NCBI RefSeq assembly: GCF_006345805.1
Contig: NC_042998.1
Coordinates: forward strand, 37,820,001-37,884,000
Direction: 5' to 3'
Origin: Octopus sinensis
Lineage: Eukaryota
Length of the DNA stretch: 64,000 bases
Shown here: positions 1 to 11,589 of the stretch, in pieces
Position numbering within the stretch: position 1 is the first letter of the stretch
Layout of the letters: each line of letters opens with the position of its first letter
Translations under genes and position numbers: made by a program
The notes under the pieces: model-generated
Seen by the model: the letters and a program-made list of their open reading frames with translations, nothing else
Database searches by the model: none
Told to the model about the DNA's origin: nothing

Positions 1-410
1 CACACCTACGAATATTTACTTGATTTCAGAATTTACTTCTTCCTCCAATGCTGCTCTCTTCGACGTCCTCGTTAACTCAACCACTTGCTCTGTAGTCAAC
101 GTTTTGCTTCTTCTAATAAGCTGTTGTAGTGGTCGCTAGTGTTGCTGGTGATCTCGTTTCTTCTCTTTAATTGACATCAAAGTTGGAGTAAACAACAAGA
201 TTAAATTTGATTTCAATTATGACATCAGTGTCTATGATGGCCATAACAATGATGATGATATAATCATTAACATATCATCATCGATGATCGTCATCAGCCG
301 AGTCGATTAATCCTCAGAACCATCATTAAAAGCGTCAGCAGAACTTGCCCTCAGCTACAGCTGTTATGTAATACTGTCAGCCATTTCATATATATATATA
401 TATATATATA

Positions 411-1663
411 CAGGGGTTTGACAAAATAATGGAAACACCTAGCATCATAATTTTGAAATACGTATTAAACCGTAAAAAGCTTGTTTATTTTATGTTTTTT
501 TATTTATTATTAGTGTCGCGTAATATGTTTTGCTAAAATTGCCGTTTCTTTTCAGATATCATCAGAAAAAATTAAGTAGAATTCATTAAAATGACAGATC
601 TATCGGACGGACTTTCAAAGAGGCCAAATTGTTGGTGCTCGTATGGCAGACGCTAGAGTAACGAAGCACCCGAAATGTTTGGGGTATCAATAAGTACTGA
701 CACGAAAATAATGACAGCCATTGAGAAGGAGGGAAAAACCTCTTCGTCGAAACAAAACTCGGGAAGAAAACCAAAACTTTCAGATAGAGACCGTCGGACT
801 CTTATGCGAATTGTGAGAAAGGATCACAAAAATACAGCTCTTAAAATTTCTGCAGAGCTTAATGACCAACTCGAGAACCCAGTTTCCACAAAAGCTGTTC
901 ACCGGGAGCTGCACAAAGCCGGATTTCACGAGAGGGATGCAATCAGTAAGCCCCTACTTTCAAAAACAAACGTTGCAAAGCGTTTAGAGTTGAGTAAAAA
1001 ACCTACAGAATTGGTCCCTAGAGCAGTGGAAGAATGTTATCTTCTCGGACGAGTCATCATTTACCTTATTTCCGAGCACTGGCCGAGTATACGTGTGGAG
1101 ACAGCGAAAAGAAACATTTAACCCAGGTTGCTTTCTTCCAACTATTAAAATGGTGGAAGATCTGGGGGGGCTATATCTTGGAAATCTGCCGGCCCAATGG
1201 TTTCGCTTCATGGCAGAATTAATTGTCAAGATTATTTAAGCATTTTATCTGATTAAATTCATCCTTTCATTGCGGAACTGTTTCCGAAGGGAAATGAAAT
1301 CTTTTAGGATGATAATGCACCAATTCACACAGCTAAAGTTGTTATTGAATGGCACGAGGAACATTCTAGTGAAGTTAACCATCTTATCTGGCCACCACAG
1401 TCCCCAGATCTCAATATTATTGAACACTTATGGCATATTTAAAAAAGCAAGTAAAGAGTCGTTATCCTCCACCATCATCACTACAAGAACTGGAGACTGT
1501 TTTAAGTAAAGAATGAACAAAAATTCCCTTGGAAACAATTCAAACTTTGTATGAGTCCATCCCTCGTAGAATTTAAGCTGCAATTACTACCAAAGGCGGT
1601 CCTACCCCATATTAAAATAACTTTGAAATTTTACGGTGTTTCCATTATTTTGCCCAAGCTCTG
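411..1663 (+). mobile_element. Tc1/mariner DNA transposon, full length but decayed, DD36E catalytic spacing
   Basis: TIRs CAGGGGTTTGACAAAATAATGGAAACACC (411) and GGTGTTTCCATTATTTTGCCCAAGCTCTG (ends 1663), flanked by TA on both sides. Broken transposase starts at ATG 591 (MTDLSD..QRGQIVGARMA..) and includes SGRKPKLSDRDRR, FSDES and DDNAPIH...WPPQSPDLNIIE, with frameshifts and stops. Confidence 0.95.
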
Positions 1664-1699
1664 TATCTCTCCCTCTCCGTGAGTTATGAGAGGATGTGC

Positions 1700-2107
1700 A
1701 GATTAGTTACGGTTCACTTCAGTCCATTATCTATCACTGAAGATATGTGTATGAGATGCGTGTCTGCCAAGTTTGAGCCAAAACTCCTTTCAGCTGACCA
1801 AAAAGACACTTGGGTTTCAGTTGCGCAAGATCTCCTTGATTGTGTCAAGAACGATGAAAACTTTTGAAATCTTTGCGTAGACTTCTAAGCAAGTATCGCC
1901 AAACTTTTGGCAAAATTTGATGCAGCTTCTCTGCTCAACTTCCTCTGTTACACACCTTCCGTCCAAACACTGCTATAAACAGCGGAAGTGAGCGAAAAAT
2001 TTAAATTTTAGTGTCCATGCACGTCAATCTGTGCACAGCTGCTTTACTCTGCGTGCTTTAGCTTCGTTACTATGGGAACAGTCCGGATACATATTGATCA
2101 GACCACG
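1700..2107 (+). mobile_element. Internally deleted mariner-derived element (fragment with 3' terminus)
   Basis: Encodes ..TEDMCMRCVSAKFEPKLLSADQKDTWVSVAQDLLDCVKNDENF, the mariner WVPHEL/FVPKLL linker region. Ends ..TTGATCAGACCACG followed by TA. A homologous 3' piece lies at ~61950-62152. Confidence 0.75.
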
Positions 2108-2145
2108 TATGCAGACAGAATGACAGACAGACAGATAGATATGAC

Positions 2146-2258
2146 AGGCATGTTTTCAGATTCTGTCTACAAACAAATCCACTCACAAAACTTTGGTGGG
2201 CGCGAAGCTATAGTAGAAGACCCTTGCCCAAGGTGCCATGTAATTGGATTGAATCCTA
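2146..2258 (-). mobile_element. SINE family A head fragment
   Basis: Diverged match to the head of full copies such as 6804-7221 (..CCACTCACAA..GCTATAGTAGAAGAC.CTTGCCCAAGGTGCC..). Confidence 0.8.
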
Positions 2259-2728
2259 AATAATTCATACATACAAACATACATACACACATACATATAC
2301 ATACATGCATGCATACATATATGCATATATCATTGTATTTTATTATATCATAAATTATATGTACATTTACATACCCATGCGTAATGTGTGCGGATGTAAA
2401 TGCTTGTAGGCCACATCGAATCTATATAAAGCAATCGTGCTAGAACTCCGAGTGCACTGAAGACATACCCGACACGTACAATGGCGCACCGAACAGACAG
2501 GAAGGATCGAGTCACGATGATGATGATGAGAGTGATGATGATGATGATAATGGTGGTGGTGGTATATACAAAGACACAAACACTACAGTTTGTGCTATTT
2601 CGGCAAATTCTAGAATCGAGAACGAAGAAAAACCGCATAATTGTCCTTTTATGGCATATAGCATTTGCCGTGATTTTTATTCGTATTATTCAGCTTAAAT
2701 TATCAATAGTATTTCCTCTTGTAATCAG

Positions 2729-3034
2729 GGAGAGTGGCTTTGACATTAGGGTGCTCGGCTTACAATCCTGAGTTCGTAAGTTCAATTCTCGGCGGCGCGT
2801 TGTAACATTCAGCAAGACACTATTTCATGTTGCTCCATAGACTTGAGTTAGTTCTCAGGGAAATTCAGAGTGACACGGTTGGAATTACAGGTATAACCCG
2901 TTTTTGCCGACTGAGTGGACTGGAGTAACTTGAAATAAACTGCCTTGCTCAAGCAACACAAAGCACCGCTGAGAAATGAGTTTACGGCCTGACGATCGTG
3001 AACCGAAAACCCTCATCACTCAGTAACGCACTTT

Positions 3035-3035
<1 letters not shown>
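2729..3035. mobile_element. Two decayed SINE family C copies joined tail-to-tail (+ ~2729-2848, - ~2849-3035)
   Basis: Both carry a tRNA-like A/B-box head and the CORE-like (C)TTGAGCAAG.CA..TATTTCA.GTT.CTCCA motif in opposite orientations. Homologous to 8551-8850. Confidence 0.65.
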
Positions 3036-3071
<36 letters not shown>

Positions 3072-3159
3072 TATATATATACACACACACGTATAGATAT
3101 ATGAATGTATACATGTGTATGTATGTATACATCACAAAAATATTACGTTTTTCAGGTTT

Positions 3160-3232
3160 AATAAAGCATATTACTCTACTTCCGGTATTCGAGTACTATT
3201 TTTCCCCACCTTCTTTCACATTTATGTGCTTA
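3160..3232 (+). repeat. Short interspersed repeat end (probable Penelope-like pLTR remnant), also at ~34325-34398
   Basis: AATAAAGCATATTACTCTAC..GGTATT.GAGTACT..TTTTCC.CACCTT.TTTCACATTTATGTG occurs at both loci, between microsatellites. Confidence 0.6.
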
Positions 3233-3237
3233 GTTTG

Positions 3238-3298
<61 letters not shown>

Positions 3299-5795
3299 AA
3301 GAGAGAGAAAGAAAGTAAGAGACAGAGAGAGGGTTTGCTTTAACTAAGTGCAAAGCCCAATTGCGTCCAACCAGCGATTGAATAAACAATAATATGCAAC
3401 TAGTATTAAGTGTTGGTGAATACGCCGGGGATAATGGTACAACTTAAGTAATAATCAATTAGTTAAATTATACTAATGCCAAGATATTGTGTAGATATCC
3501 ATTACGACAAGTGTCATCCTAGGTCCTAAAATGCCATGTTGGCTAGATCAATTGAAATGCTTTCCATATTTCATTATGCTTTGTCTTTTGAAGTTCAAAG
3601 CATTTTCAACCTCGACTTCTCAGTCGAGAGGTGTCGCTAAAACCAAAGCTGCGAATATAATATATATTTTTGTGTTAATTTGTGAACAATAGTACCTTTT
3701 TCTTACGTGCTTCCAGTGGAGCAGTCAGTACTTCGTTGATTTCATTCGACGACTCTGACAGAGAATTATCGAACTCAGCAGAACAAACATCACATGGTCT
3801 TTAAGTGAAAACTCCCGATTTGGAGTTTGCTTATTTCATTTTGGTTGCTGTTGCTTTTATGTTTACCTTGTTTCTCTCTCACCCCCTCTCTCTCTCTCTT
3901 CTCTCCCTCCCTCTTTCTTTCTTTCTCTCAGTGGTGCGTCTTGAGATCGAGCTGGAAACCGTACGCATGCAAGCGGACATCTCTACCAAACAGAAACGAC
4001 TCACAGCGTTCTGTGCATGTAAAACTAGTCTGGTTACTGAACCGAAACCAATCACTACATCAGTCGATTCTAATTATTAGTTAATCTACACCGTTACACT
4101 GGGTCATCAGAATAATTATTTTTGCAAAAATAGAGCGCAGGATATATACCAGTTAATGGATGTAAATGATCGTGCGTTATTACACTTAAGTGGCATTGAG
4201 TGCGATCAGAGCATCATGAAGTTCACTGTTAATATCATTGTTAATTTCGTTCAAACATTATTCCGATTTTATGTAGACATACACAAACACCCACATACAC
4301 AAGCAACATATATACGCATGTGTGTGTGTATGTGTAAGGCAAACGCGTGTCAGCGGATATATTGACATTTGAAGCGCGCTTTGGCATGTCCCCTTCAAAA
4401 GAAAGGTAATTTATCCGACACAGTTCACAGCCGTCCATCTAACCATATTTAAATTAATGGAAACAGCCATTAACGATGCCGTTGAGTTACCTGAGGATAG
4501 TCTATTCCTGAATTCCAGAGGTAGAAAAAAAGACTTGTGTTTCTACATTTTGATACCATTTTTCGTTCCGAATCTATACAACACTGTCTGCGGGAAAATA
4601 TAAACTGATATGGCAACTGAACAAATGAAATATTTAAATGGCTGAAGGCCTAGTCCGTTCAAAACCTTCAGGTGGAGAATAACTGGGACGAGAAAATGAG
4701 CAGAAATGAGCCGAAAGAAAGCTGTGGTTGAAACGTCAGGTTACATAGCGTCGGTCAGTAATTACTGCCTGGTCGTCCTCCCATAATCCAGTTCGCGTCT
4801 GATTTGACACTTCCTTTTTGATGATGCGAGGGACACGCTGTACCTGTGCTGTAACCCCAGCTCCTCGACTGTGAACATGTGTGATCACCTTTTGTCATTC
4901 CCATTTTTTCACAGCTCGTCTCTTTGACAGAATTGCAGTCGCGTGTCAAGCAATGTCTGAGACAAAATACTAGGTATCAGAAATGTCGTGAAGCGTCCGA
5001 GCAATGCAATAGGCGTGCGTTCTACATTGGCGTTCTCAGCAAATTAATGACGATGTTCCCTAGCAAAAAATGGTCATTGGTGAAAATTAACTGGCCGGCC
5101 TATACCTGGGGCTCTTGGGTATTTTCTAGAAAACATTGGCTTATTTTTGTTAAGAAGCATAGCCTGTTTAAGAAGTCGAATAGATACAAATGTGCCGTTA
5201 GCCAGACCATACAAATTTATGCAGGGTATCGAAACCTTTCTGCACATACTTGGTGAGTGCCCTAGCATTGATGACTTATGGAGGTAAGTAGAACGGTTGC
5301 ATATGTAAGACTGCTTTCCTTCTGCTTTCTGGGAGAGCAGACATGTTTTTTCTCTTTTATATGTCTGATGGTATTACTGAAAGAGGTTCTGCGGTGAACG
5401 GGATTGGAAAAGCTGAAGTCAGATTAGAGAGGATAAGTTGGAATGGGTTCATACGTTACTGGTCAGAATAACCGTTATATTGTTGGGTTACTACAATTCA
5501 CACTGCGTATTTTTCTCGCCTTTCCTCATACCGGTGTCGATAAAAGGAAATTTAGTCAAGTACTAGCCTCGATTTACTTGGCTGACTCCTATATGATAAA
5601 AACAGTACGAGAAAGAATCCGTAAATAAACTAAATATACGAAAATAAACTCTTCAACGCGGAGAAAGGTACTTCTATAGAGTGGAATGTTTGTGATATGG
5701 AGCGGAGACGGCAAGGCTTTCTTTCAAATCTCTACATAGCAAATACGTAGCTTAATGACAATATTAAGTACGTTTGTAATGTTTACGACTATTGA

Positions 5796-5975
5796 AGGCG
5801 GCGAGCCGGCTGAATCGCTAAGCACGACGGCAAACTGCTTCGAGGTATGCCGTGACTCATTTACGTTCTGAGTTCAAATTCTGCAGAGGTCGACTTTGCC
5901 TTTCATCACTACGAGGTCGAGAAGATAAGAATCAGTGGAGTAGTTGAAGGGGGGGTCGATGTTATCGACTTAGAC
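5796..5975 (+). mobile_element. SINE family B (tRNA head plus GTCGACTTTGCCTTTCATC..GGTCGA central domain), old copy
   Basis: Diverged match to the intact copy at 32848-33075. Confidence 0.8.
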
Positions 5976-6078
5976 ACCCGAATAATGGGTTCGATGTAAT
6001 TGACAAGGTATGAAGGGATAATAACTGATATACGGATATATCTGTGTGTCTGTATATACATACATATACACACACATT

Positions 6079-6469
6079 GTGGCTGTGTGGTAAGTAGCTT
6101 GTTTACCAACCACATGGTTCCGCGTTCAGTCCCACTGCGTGGCACCTTGGGCAAGTGTCTTCTACTATAGCCTCGGGCCGACCAAAGCCTTGTGAGTGGA
6201 TTTGGTAGACGGAAACTGAAAGAAGCCCGTCGTATATATGTATATATATATATATGCGTGTGTGTGTCTGTATTTGTCCTCCTAGCATTGCTTGACAACC
6301 GATGGTGGTGTGTTTATGTCCCCGTTACTTAGCGGTTCGGCAAAAGAGACCGATAGAATAAGTACTGGGCTTACAAAAGAATAAGTCGTGGGGTCGAGTC
6401 GCTCGATTAAAGGCGGTGCTCCAGCATGGCCGCAGTCAAAGGACTGAAACAAGTAAAAGAGTAAAAGAG
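6079..6469 (+). mobile_element. SINE family A (tRNA-derived, CORE-like domain, central microsatellite, GTAAAAGA tail)
   Basis: A-box-like TGGCTGTGTGG and B-box-like GTTCAGTCC, CORE-like ACCTTGGGCAAGTG, internal (TA)/(TG) tract and (GTAAAAGA)n tail. More than 15 copies or fragments occur in the window. It resembles the octopus OR-type SINEs (recalled, not searched). Confidence 0.9.
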
Positions 6470-6639
6470 TATATATATATATATATATATATACGAGAGG
6501 TATTGGTACCCAAAGAATGACAGGTAACGCAGTAAGTTCTATGGAGAAATCGTGGTTAAACTCTTGGTTCGATCGTGATACGAGTGAGGAATCTAATGTG
6601 GGTCTTGTATTAGCATGCAAATATATATATTAGACAGAA

Positions 6640-6763
6640 TGAGATAATAAAGCCAAGATTGTGAGGAATTTTCAGGACATTTATACAGAAAAAGATATAG
6701 TCTTACTGTATCTAACTCTTTTTCCTTATGATATCCTGAAAACTACTCACATCCTTGGCTTTA

Positions 6764-6768
<5 letters not shown>
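6640..6768. repeat. Fold-back remnant of a Penelope-like pLTR (family shared with 51279-51390)
   Basis: Inverted arms GAGATAATAAAGCCAAG..GTGAG..TTTTCAGGA and TCCTGAAAA..CTCAC..CTTGGCTTTATCTC. The left arm's reverse complement matches 51320-51385. Confidence 0.65.
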
Positions 6769-6803
<35 letters not shown>

Positions 6804-6805
<2 letters not shown>

Positions 6806-7221
6806 TCTTTTACTTGTTTCAGTCATTTGACTGCGGAAATGCTGGAGCACCGCCTTTAGTCGAGCAAATCGACCCCAGGACTTATTCTTTGTAAGCCCAG
6901 TACTTATTCTATCGGTCTTTTTTGCCAAACTGCTATGTGACGGGGACATAAACACACCAGCATCGGTTGTCAAGCAATGCTAGGGGGGCAAACACAGACA
7001 CACAAACATACACGCACACACACATATATACATATATATATACATATATACATTTATACGACAGGCTTCTTTCAGTTTCCGTCTACCAAATCCACTCACA
7101 AGGCTTTGGTCGGCCCGAGGCTATAGTAGAAGACACTTGCCCAAGGTGCCACGCAGTGGGACTGAACCCGGAACCATGTGGTTGGTAAGCAAGCTACTTA
7201 CCACACTGCCACTCCTGCGCC
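6804..7221 (-). mobile_element. SINE family A, full length
   Basis: Reverse complement of 6079-6469 with a complete GGCGCAGGAGTGG head. Confidence 0.92.
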
Positions 7222-7794
7222 TATATATATGTATATAATTTTAGGAGCTTGAGCCCAAGGCTGCGGCTATGGTGGGGCACAGCCGACTATACACGTATAT
7301 GAATCTGTGAAAAGAGAGATAAAATGGACATATATAAATTGAAGCAGATAGACAGACAGACAGACAGACAAATTATAAAGACCGTGTGAGTGAGTAAAAT
7401 AACGAACAAGTGCGCATTGCTGCGTGGTAGTAAGTGAGCGAGTGCGTGTGTAAGTATTCTGGCGAAGGAAAGTGATTGAAAGAAGTATAGACGGTCGTTA
7501 GAAAGAGAGAACGAAACAGTGAAGGAATATAGAGTGTTACATAGTCAGTACAATGGCGAAGCGACGGCCGGTTGGGAGAGAGAGAGCTAAGAGGATAAGT
7601 AAGAGAGAGAGAGAGTGTGTGTGTAAATAGGCAGGCATACACAGGAGACACGCACATACACATGTGTCTGTAGCTGTGTACGTGTGTTGTGCGTGTTGGT
7701 GCTGTTTGATATACCTGGAGCTCTGTTTATCCAGATTCTACTACAAGAGAGAGAGATAGAGAGAGGGAGAGAGAGGGATGGATGGATGGAGAGA

Positions 7795-7842
<48 letters not shown>

Positions 7843-7885
7843 TAGATAGAAGATAGATAGATATATAGATAGATATAGGCAGAGA

Positions 7886-8107
7886 TATTTCTTTACTACC
7901 CACAAGGGGTTAAACACAGAGAGGACAAACAAAGACAGACAAAGGGATTAAGTCGATTACATCGACCCCAGTGCGTAACTGGTACTTATTTAATCGACCC
8001 CGAAAGGATGAAAAGCAAAGTCGACCTCGGCGGAATTTGAACTCAGAACGTGGTGGCAGACGAAATACTGCTAAGCATTTCGCCCGGCGTGCTAACGATT
8101 CTGCCAG
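7886..8107 (-). mobile_element. SINE family B (first unit of a local tandem duplication)
   Basis: Reverse complement of 32848-33075, with the head clipped at CTGGCAG. Confidence 0.9.
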
Positions 8108-8163
8108 ATATAGACAGAGATATATAGACGAGATTATAGACAGCGATAAAGAGAGAGAGAGAG

Positions 8164-8204
<41 letters not shown>

Positions 8205-8214
8205 TAGGCAGAGA

Positions 8215-8436
8215 TATTTCTTTACTACCCACAAGGGGTTAAACACAGAGAGGACAAACAAAGACAGACAAATGGATTAAGTCGATTACATCGACCCCAG
8301 TGCGTAACTGGTACTTATTTAATCGACCCCGAAAGGATGAAAAGCAAAGTCGACCTCGGCGGAATTCGAACTCAGAACGTGGTGGCAGACGAAATACTGC
8401 TAAGCATTTCGCCCGGCGTGCTAACGATTCTGCCAG
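8215..8436 (-). mobile_element. SINE family B (second unit, ~329 bp downstream)
   Basis: Near-identical to 7886-8107, including the clip point and GA/GATA flanks. Confidence 0.9.
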
Positions 8437-8550
8437 ATATAGACAGAGATATATAGACAGAGATATATAGACAGCGATAAAGAGAGAGAGAGAGAGATAG
8501 AGAGATAGATTTGTGTGTATGTATGTAGATATATGTATATATATTTATGT

Positions 8551-8850
8551 AACCATCGTGGGTCCCAGCTGATACGGTCAACGGAACAGCTGGCTCGTGA
8601 AGTTAACGTGCAAGTGGTTGAGCTTTCCACACGTGTACCCTTAAAGTAATTCTCAGGGAGATTCAGCGTGACACAGAGTGTGGCAAGGCTGGCCCTTTGA
8701 AATACAGTCACTACTTATTTTTGGCAGCTGAGTGGTCTGGAGCAACGTGAAATTAAGTGTCTTGCTCAAGGACACAACGCGTCGCCGGGAATTGAACCCA
8801 CGAACCTACGATCGTGAGCCGAATGCCTCAACGAAGCCAGGCGTCATCAC
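8551..8850 (-). mobile_element. SINE family C (tRNA head, CORE-like domain, 3' tail shared with 52661-53043)
   Basis: The minus strand has a B-box GGTTCAATTCC and GTGTCCTTGAGCAAGACACTTAATTTCACGTTGCTCCAG. Its 3' ~160 bp aligns with 52865-53030. Confidence 0.85.
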
Positions 8851-9094
8851 CATACGTATATATCTATATGTATATATATATATATGTATGTAGTATGTAT
8901 GTATGTGTGTGTTGCCCATATAATACAGTAAATGAATTGATTGCGTCGCAATCCTTAACATTTATGTATTAACTTTGTTGGGTACTTCACTAGCAGTATA
9001 TTGGATATATGTTATCCCATGGAGGGTTGCATTTACAAACCCTATCTCAATTTGTATATATATATATATATATTATATATATATATATATATAT

Positions 9095-9193
9095 AAAACA
9101 TTACTTTAATAATTAGGGTTCAGCACAAAAAAATTGCTTTACCACATATCGAACTTTTTTTGCTGAACCCTAATTATATAAAGTAATGTTTAA
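9095..9193. repeat. Inverted repeat with ~40-bp arms next to (TA)n
   Basis: AAAACATTACTTTA.TAATTAGGGTTCAGCA.AAAAAA pairs with TTTTTTTGCTGAACCCTAATTATATAAAGTAATGTTT. Confidence 0.8.
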
Positions 9194-9352
9194 ATTACCG
9201 TAAATGGTCCTTTTAAATACTGAACACTGCTCGGTAAAATTATTAATTACTAATTAATTAATTAATTTGCCATCTATTATTATTGACTATATATTATATA
9301 GTGTGCATATATATGTATGCATATATATGTATATATATGTATGCATAATATA

Positions 9353-9394
<42 letters not shown>

Positions 9395-9635
9395 GGTGTG
9401 TGTGTGTGTGGTGGGTGTGTGCATAAATATATATACCAATTTTAAAATAGGATAAAATCTTTATAAGAATTTATCAAGTAATTAGCGTGAAAAATATCAT
9501 AAGAGAAAACAACCCCATCAATTTTTCTCTTAAATATATTTATTTATATTATATAGAGGGCATTACTATACATAAATGCCACACGGATGGAGGGACTCTT
9601 AAAGTCAAAATTACCAAAAATATTATTTATTTTGG

Positions 9636-9673
<38 letters not shown>

Positions 9674-9879
9674 AAAATCAAAATAATCAACAAGGATATC
9701 CAGAGGTAATGCAGTACGATCGTTCATGCAACTTCATTGAAAATTGAAACAATTACAATCATTTCCTTACATCAATTTAAAATGTAGATTAATCTTCGCC
9801 GCACGAAGACGTAAAATTTAATTAAATTAGAACATAAAGAAATTAGTATAATTTTACCTAAGATCTCCAATAAGATAAG

Positions 9880-9999
9880 AATATAGATATATAATCTATA
9901 TATAATATATATATATGATAATAGAGATATATCATATATATGGATATATCAATGTATAGATACATATAGATATATACATATATATGTATATATATTTAG

Positions 10000-10032
<33 letters not shown>

Positions 10033-10856
10033 TATCTACATATATATGTATATATATTTATATATACCTATATTAGAAATATATGTTATATATTAATATT
10101 ACATAATATATACATATATATGGAATTATATTATATTATACATATATATACAGATATAGGTATATATATTTATATATACATATATATGTATATATATTTA
10201 TATACATATATATGTAATATATTTATATATACTATTATATGTATATATATTTATATATAACATATATATGTTATATATCTTTATATATACATATATTATT
10301 GATATATATTTATATAACAGATATATGTATCTATATTTATATATAATATATTATACATATATATAGTTAAGATTTAATATACATATATAGACATATATAT
10401 GTATATATATTTACATATACATATATATGGTATATATAGACATTATATACATATATATATATAGGATATATACATATATATACATATAATGTCTATATAA
10501 TTTATCTATACTATATATGTTATATATTTATATATACATATATATACATATATATGTATATATATTTATATAGACATATATATGTATATATATTTATAGA
10601 TACTATATATAACCTATATATGTTATATATTTATATATACACATATATGTATATATATTTATATATACACATATATGTATATATATTTATATATACACAT
10701 ATATGTATATATATTTATTATACAACCTATATATACATATACATGTATATATATTTATATATACAATACATGTATATATATTTATATATACATTATACAT
10801 GTATATATATTTATATATACATATATATATAATATATTATATATATATATGTATAC

Positions 10857-10880
<24 letters not shown>
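9880..10880. repeat. Degenerate TA-rich minisatellite/low-complexity tract (~28-bp unit TATATACATATATATGTATATATATTTA)
   Basis: About 1 kb of almost pure A/T with the recurring unit visible, for example at 10170-10260. The irregularity may include consensus errors. Confidence 0.85.
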
Positions 10881-10887
<7 letters not shown>

Positions 10888-10899
10888 ATATGTGTTATA

Positions 10900-11057
10900 C
10901 GTCGGGCTTCTTCCAGTTTCCGTTCATTAAATCACTCACAAGGCTTTGGTCACCTCAAGGCTATAGCTGAAGACACTTGCCCAAATTGTCACGCAGTAGG
11001 ACTGAAGCCAGAACCACGTGGTTGGAAAGCAAGCTTCTTACCACACCGCCACGCCTG
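10900..11057 (-). mobile_element. SINE family A head half
   Basis: GGGCTTCTTCCAGTTTCCG..GAAGACACTTGCCCAA..CTTACCACAC match to family A. Confidence 0.8.
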
Positions 11058-11061
11058 CATT

Positions 11062-11100
<39 letters not shown>

Positions 11101-11144
11101 TGTGTGTGTGTGTGTGTGTGTACACATGCATGTATTTATACATA

Positions 11145-11183
<39 letters not shown>

Positions 11184-11553
11184 CAACATAAATTTATACG
11201 TATGCTTGTATATGTATATATATATATGTGTGTGTGTTGGTGGGACAGCTACCATCTGTCAAGATGTAGTAATCATATATGTATGTGTGTCTATGTATAC
11301 ACACACACACACGCACGCACACACACACACACATACACACACACGTTTATACATACATGACCCTTAATTTGCACATCGTGTGATCTGATAATTTAAATAG
11401 GTCTTCTAACAGGTTGCGTAACCACACAGAAGATGCTTCCCTTTCACATAACGGGGGACGTGGAAAGAGAGAAGTGTTGGGGGGAATAAAAAATAAAGCT
11501 TGTTTGCTTGAAAAGAGTGAAGCGTACGAGAGGAGAGAGGGGGGCGGAAGAGA

Positions 11554-11589
<36 letters not shown>

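Noticed and set aside
3805-4084. Possible plus-strand exon after a pyrimidine tract ending in CAG (~3931)
   Set aside because: The tract is a (CT)n microsatellite, the peptide is unrecognisable, and no partner exons were found.
10554-11367. 230-aa and overlapping ORFs rich in Y/I/C/V
   Set aside because: They are read-through of (TA)n/(TG)n tracts and a SINE.
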